Shown piece after piece: positions 60,433 to 64,000 of a stretch of DNA of 64,000 bases. A program made the translations under genes and the position numbers. The notes beneath the pieces were generated by a model. It searched no databases. It was not told where the DNA came from and saw only the letters and a program-made list of their open reading frames with translations. Source of the stretch: Gammaproteobacteria bacterium. GTDB taxonomy: Bacteria > Pseudomonadota > Gammaproteobacteria > Tenderiales > Tenderiaceae. The stretch spans positions 2,298-66,297 of the forward strand of contig JAJRUN010000005.1 of assembly GCA_024277755.1 (NCBI GenBank), written 5' to 3'. The first letter of the stretch is position 1. Every line of letters begins with the position of its first letter.

Positions 60433-61272
60433 ATGTCACTAGAAAACCAACTCCTGATGAAGTTTCTAGACGATGTAAACCATAATCGTATCAATCTGCC
60501 CAGCCTGCCAGAGATCGCCCTAAAGGTGCGCGACGTGGTACAGGACCCTGATTCATCCGCCGCCAAAATTGCCATTACCATTGGTGCTGACCCGGTGATG
60601 ACAACCAAACTTATACAAGTCGCCAATAGCCCCCTTTACCGCGCCACCACTCCGATTGAAAATTTACAAAATGCCATCAGCCGACTGGGGCAAACCGTGG
60701 TCAACAACATTGTCACAGGCATGGTAATGGAACAACTCTACCAAAAGGGCAACAATAAAGCTGTTGAACAGCACCTTAGGGAACTTTGGCTACACAGCAC
60801 AAAGGTGGCCGCGATCAGCATGATATTGGCACGCAAGCTGACCAAACTGAAACCCGACCAAGCCATGCTAGCCGGGCTTATTCATGATATTGGTGCTATC
60901 CCCATCTACATGGAAGTAGCCAATATCCCAGCACTTGAAGATGAAGAGCTGCTACAGAGTGTGCTAGCAAAAATTCACAACCTGATTGGCACAACCATCC
61001 TGGATGACTGGAACTTCCCCCAGGAGTTGATTGATGTGGTTTCCAACCACGAAGACCTGAACTATGACTCAGGCGACAGCGTTGATTATGTCGATGTGGT
61101 CACCGTTGCCAACATTCTTAGTCACATCGGCACTAGCCACCCAATAACCAAGAGCAATTGGGTCGAAGCCAACGGATTCAAAAAACTCGGATTAACAGCA
61201 GAAGAAAGCATTTCGATACTGGAAGAGGCCCAGGAAGAGATCGATATGATCCAGGGGATATTTAAAAACTAA
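60433..61272 (+). CDS. HDOD domain-containing protein (paralogue 2)
   Basis: ATG 60433 is preceded by GGAGGA. It is collinear with paralogue 1 over its full length (LPSLPEIALKVRDVVQDP..., GLIHDIG, HEDL). Confidence 0.82.
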   Translation: MSLENQLLMKFLDDVNHNRINLPSLPEIALKVRDVVQDPDSSAAKIAITIGADPVMTTKLIQVANSPLYRATTPIENLQNAISRLGQTVVNNIVTGMVMEQLYQKGNNKAVEQHLRELWLHSTKVAAISMILARKLTKLKPDQAMLAGLIHDIGAIPIYMEVANIPALEDEELLQSVLAKIHNLIGTTILDDWNFPQELIDVVSNHEDLNYDSGDSVDYVDVVTVANILSHIGTSHPITKSNWVEANGFKKLGLTAEESISILEEAQEEIDMIQGIFKN

Positions 61273-61394
61273 AAACCGGCTATTGAACTCCAATCACATA
61301 ATCAATGAACGCGTCAGTTACCTTGGAAATCAGCGTAGGTGAAACATCGGCACCCTACATCTCTTTGAGAATAGCAACCATCTCACTGTCTAAT

Positions 61395-62111
61395 TTACAA
61401 TCCCAGCTCAACAACTATGTTTTTTAATGCTTTGACCGGATTATCAGCACAACTAATTGGCCTGCCGATAACCAAATAAGATGCACCGGAATTTAGGGCT
61501 TCTATCGGCGTCATTGTCCGTCTTTGATCACCTTTTTCAACGCCGGCAGGGCGTATGCCTGGTGTCACCAAAATAAAGTCAGAGCCAAACCTAGATCGCA
61601 TAGATGTAGCTTCATGAGCAGAACAAACCAAACCATCCAAACCAGAATTTTTTGCCAATCCAGCCAAACGAGCAACTTCATTGACCGGCTGATCTGTTAA
61701 CCCAATTTCCAATAAATCGCCTGCTGCCATGCTGGTTAAAATTGTCACCCCTATCAATAAAGGCTGCTGATTAGACTTGTCGACCGCGTTACGTGCAGCC
61801 TCCATCATCCGCCGACCACCCAGAGCATGAACATTAATCATCCATACACCCAGATCAGCTGCGGCAGCACATGCAGCTGCAGTAGTGTTTGGGATATCGT
61901 GAAACTTTAGATCCAAAAAAATATCAAACCCTTTATTCCGCAATGTTTCTACAACTGCAGGCCCTTCACGGGTAAACAACTCTTTGCCGACCTTAAGCCG
62001 ACAATCTTTTGGATCAAGCTGCTCAGCTAAATTGATAGCCTCTTTAGCAGTGGGATAATCGAGCGCCACGACAACCCTGTTTTTATCATCAATCAAATGC
62101 TCGCGCCCCAT
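61395..62111 (-). CDS. pyrF: Orotidine 5'-phosphate decarboxylase
   Basis: 238 aa with [16 protein letters not shown] and VIGRPI motifs. Confidence 0.93.
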   Translation of the reverse strand: MGREHLIDDKNRVVVALDYPTAKEAINLAEQLDPKDCRLKVGKELFTREGPAVVETLRNKGFDIFLDLKFHDIPNTTAAACAAAADLGVWMINVHALGGRRMMEAARNAVDKSNQQPLLIGVTILTSMAAGDLLEIGLTDQPVNEVARLAGLAKNSGLDGLVCSAHEATSMRSRFGSDFILVTPGIRPAGVEKGDQRRTMTPIEALNSGASYLVIGRPISCADNPVKALKNIVVELGL

Positions 62112-63268
62112 TGAAACTCATTAATTGGCTTAATGCTCGACCAAGTCTTACAGCCTGGGCAACACCAATGCATATCAACGCCAGTAAAACCACAACAACT
62201 ACAATGATAGACAGGCTTATTTTTTAATAACATATCCAATGATGACTTAATGACTGCAAGGTGTCCGTTTTCATCATTAATTTTCGCAAGATGCAGTTCA
62301 AGCAAATATTGAACACCTCGCAACGATGGGCGAGCACTAACCTCATCACTAAGGAAAGCCAGGGCAGCATCATCGCCCTCATCCTCTTTAAGCATACGGG
62401 CAGTTGTCAATACCAGTTCAATTCCGTGATGGTCATGAATTAGATGCTTGAGGTAGGCAACCATTTTTTCCTTCTGTCCAATTGCTTGATAACATTTTTT
62501 TAACTCATCAAGAATCTCGGATAGACACTCGGGAGCCTTTGTTTCTAGCCACTTATATGATTTGATAGCAGAATTATAATCACCCGATTGTTGTTCAAGC
62601 TGCGCTCTGAGCATTATTGCCCTGCCGCAGTTATGCTGTTCTTGCAGAGCTTTGCTTAACATTCTATTTGTCTGGGCTAAGTCATTTTTGCTCAGCGCTT
62701 GTAAAGCAATCTCACAATAATAATGGGCAATAATTAAGGACTGAGATTTATTTTTGCAAACTGCAATCTTGCGTGCCAAATCGATAGCTCTGAACCATTC
62801 TTTTTCTTGCTCGTAAATATCCCTCAAAAGATTTAAGGCAACGAGATTATTAGCATCCACATCAATCAGTTCTAAACAAAGGTCTTCTGCCCTATCAAGC
62901 AACCCGGCCCCTATGTAATCAAACGCGAGCTCTTGCAATGCCTGAGTATGAAGCTCTGTACTAAGAGACGGTTTATTTATAAGGCCTTGATGTAAACGTA
63001 TAGCCCTATCAACTTCACCACGGCGACGGAACAGTCCCCCTAACGCAAGATGAATTTCAAAAGTACTCTCATCAAGCTCAGACAGCTTCATGAAAATATC
63101 AATTGCTTTATCCGGCTGTTCGTTGAGAATGTAATTAAGACCCTTAAAGTAATCCTGAGGCAAGTTTACTAAGGTCTTTTTACTGTTTTTTTTGTATTCC
63201 AAACGAGCTATATACCACCCTGAAACTGCCGCAATTGGCAGCAGGAGCCATAGCAAGGTCAGGCTCAT
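62093..63268 (-). CDS. lapB: Lipopolysaccharide assembly protein LapB (YciM)
   Basis: 391 aa. N-terminal TM, TPR repeats, and a C-terminal rubredoxin-like metal site, CSCCGF...WCCPGCKTW. Confidence 0.9.
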   Translation of the reverse strand: MSLTLLWLLLPIAAVSGWYIARLEYKKNSKKTLVNLPQDYFKGLNYILNEQPDKAIDIFMKLSELDESTFEIHLALGGLFRRRGEVDRAIRLHQGLINKPSLSTELHTQALQELAFDYIGAGLLDRAEDLCLELIDVDANNLVALNLLRDIYEQEKEWFRAIDLARKIAVCKNKSQSLIIAHYYCEIALQALSKNDLAQTNRMLSKALQEQHNCGRAIMLRAQLEQQSGDYNSAIKSYKWLETKAPECLSEILDELKKCYQAIGQKEKMVAYLKHLIHDHHGIELVLTTARMLKEDEGDDAALAFLSDEVSARPSLRGVQYLLELHLAKINDENGHLAVIKSSLDMLLKNKPVYHCSCCGFTGVDMHWCCPGCKTWSSIKPINEFQWGASI

Positions 63269-63271
63269 GAA

Positions 63272-63562
63272 CTAACTGTCTTGGATAGGTGTAGATCTAT
63301 GCAGTGTTAGTTGTTTGTCGGTAGTTTTAGCCATCCTTTTTAATCTCATATTTTCACGTTTAAGACGCATAATCGCACCAAAACTAGCAAAAAAGCCAAA
63401 CAAAATACCAACAGCAATTGAAACAACCATGGCAACTGCCAAAGGTAAATCTTTTGTCCCAAAGTAATAATTAATTTGTATTGATTGAGCATTGAGTGAC
63501 GTAAAACTAATCACAACAATAGCGACAAGCAGTAAAAAGACTAACCCAAGTATTTTAAACAT
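63272..63562 (-). CDS. lapA: Lipopolysaccharide assembly protein LapA (YciS)
   Basis: 96 aa with two TM segments, immediately upstream of lapB and downstream of ihfB, as in E. coli. Confidence 0.8.
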   Translation of the reverse strand: MFKILGLVFLLLVAIVVISFTSLNAQSIQINYYFGTKDLPLAVAMVVSIAVGILFGFFASFGAIMRLKRENMRLKRMAKTTDKQLTLHRSTPIQDS

Positions 63563-63588
63563 TACTCCACCCTTTGAGAGAAAAACAA

Positions 63589-63897
63589 TTAACTTTCAAC
63601 AATTTCGACACGCCCAATACTCTGGTTAACGCGCTCTCTCAGCTCTTTGCCAGGTTTAAAGTGAGGCACATATTTACCCACCAACGGTACTGATTCACCA
63701 GTTTTAGGGTTTCTTCCCAGGCGTGGAGGACGAAAATGCAGCGAAAAACTACCAAAACCTCGAATCTCGATCCTCTCCCCGGTAGCAAGGTTTTGAGCCA
63801 TTTGCTCAATCATGGTTTTAACGGCGAATTCTACATCTTTATAGGTTAGATGTTTTTGACGCTGTGCCAGCAGATCAATCATCTCAGACTTTGTCAT
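63589..63897 (-). CDS. ihfB: Integration host factor subunit beta
   Basis: 102 aa. [11 protein letters not shown]...[27 protein letters not shown] is near-identical in pattern to E. coli IhfB. Confidence 0.95.
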   Translation of the reverse strand: MTKSEMIDLLAQRQKHLTYKDVEFAVKTMIEQMAQNLATGERIEIRGFGSFSLHFRPPRLGRNPKTGESVPLVGKYVPHFKPGKELRERVNQSIGRVEIVES

Positions 63898-64000
63898 TAT
63901 TGTTTTCCTATAACGTGCAGGAGCGTAACCCCTTGTAGATAATACAATATTGGCTTATCTGTTCAATTTTGGCAACAGCTAAACAAAAAAAATCCCCCTG

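Overview
This 64-kb window is a largely housekeeping chromosomal segment of a gammaproteobacterium. No rRNA operon, CRISPR array, prophage or intact mobile element is visible. All family assignments come from motif and homology recall on the translated ORFs, because no database search could be run.

Gene order resembles Pseudomonas/E. coli core synteny:
- sppA-HAD-rluC, divergent from rne, then ptp
- kdsB-ycaR-lpxK-exbD-exbB-comEC
- lolD-lolC/E, an EndoIII-like gene, then rluB-scpB-scpA-trpS, an S2P protease, yciO and trpH
- yciB-yciI-bolA
- ligA, an insertion, then zipA-smc
- queF, an FGGY kinase, cysZ and deaD
- an aminotransferase and a cbbY-like gene, then dksA, DUF3579 and acs
- tRNA-Asn and smr
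- an RND / LolA-like / SPOR-barrel module
- mfd, then sdhCDAB-sdhE-ygfX, divergent from ygfZ
- two HDOD genes
- pyrF-lapB-lapA-ihfB

Items worth a second look:
1. An in-frame TAA splits the normally essential rne gene.
2. A compact three-gene envelope module: an MMPL/HAE3-type RND pump, a LolA-like periplasmic protein, and a predicted outer-membrane barrel with an N-terminal SPOR domain.
3. An orphan promoter plus terminator pair encloses about 200 nt upstream of tRNA-Asn, a candidate sRNA.
4. A single-axis imperfect palindrome of about 170 bp lies in a transcribed intergenic gap.
5. The conserved zipA-ligA adjacency is broken by an HD-GYP gene and a decayed IS1595-family transposase relic.
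6. DksA carries a Lys/Ala-rich histone-H1-like N-terminal tail.

I do not see compelling evidence for a defence island or another clearly novel multi-gene system. The envelope module is the best candidate.
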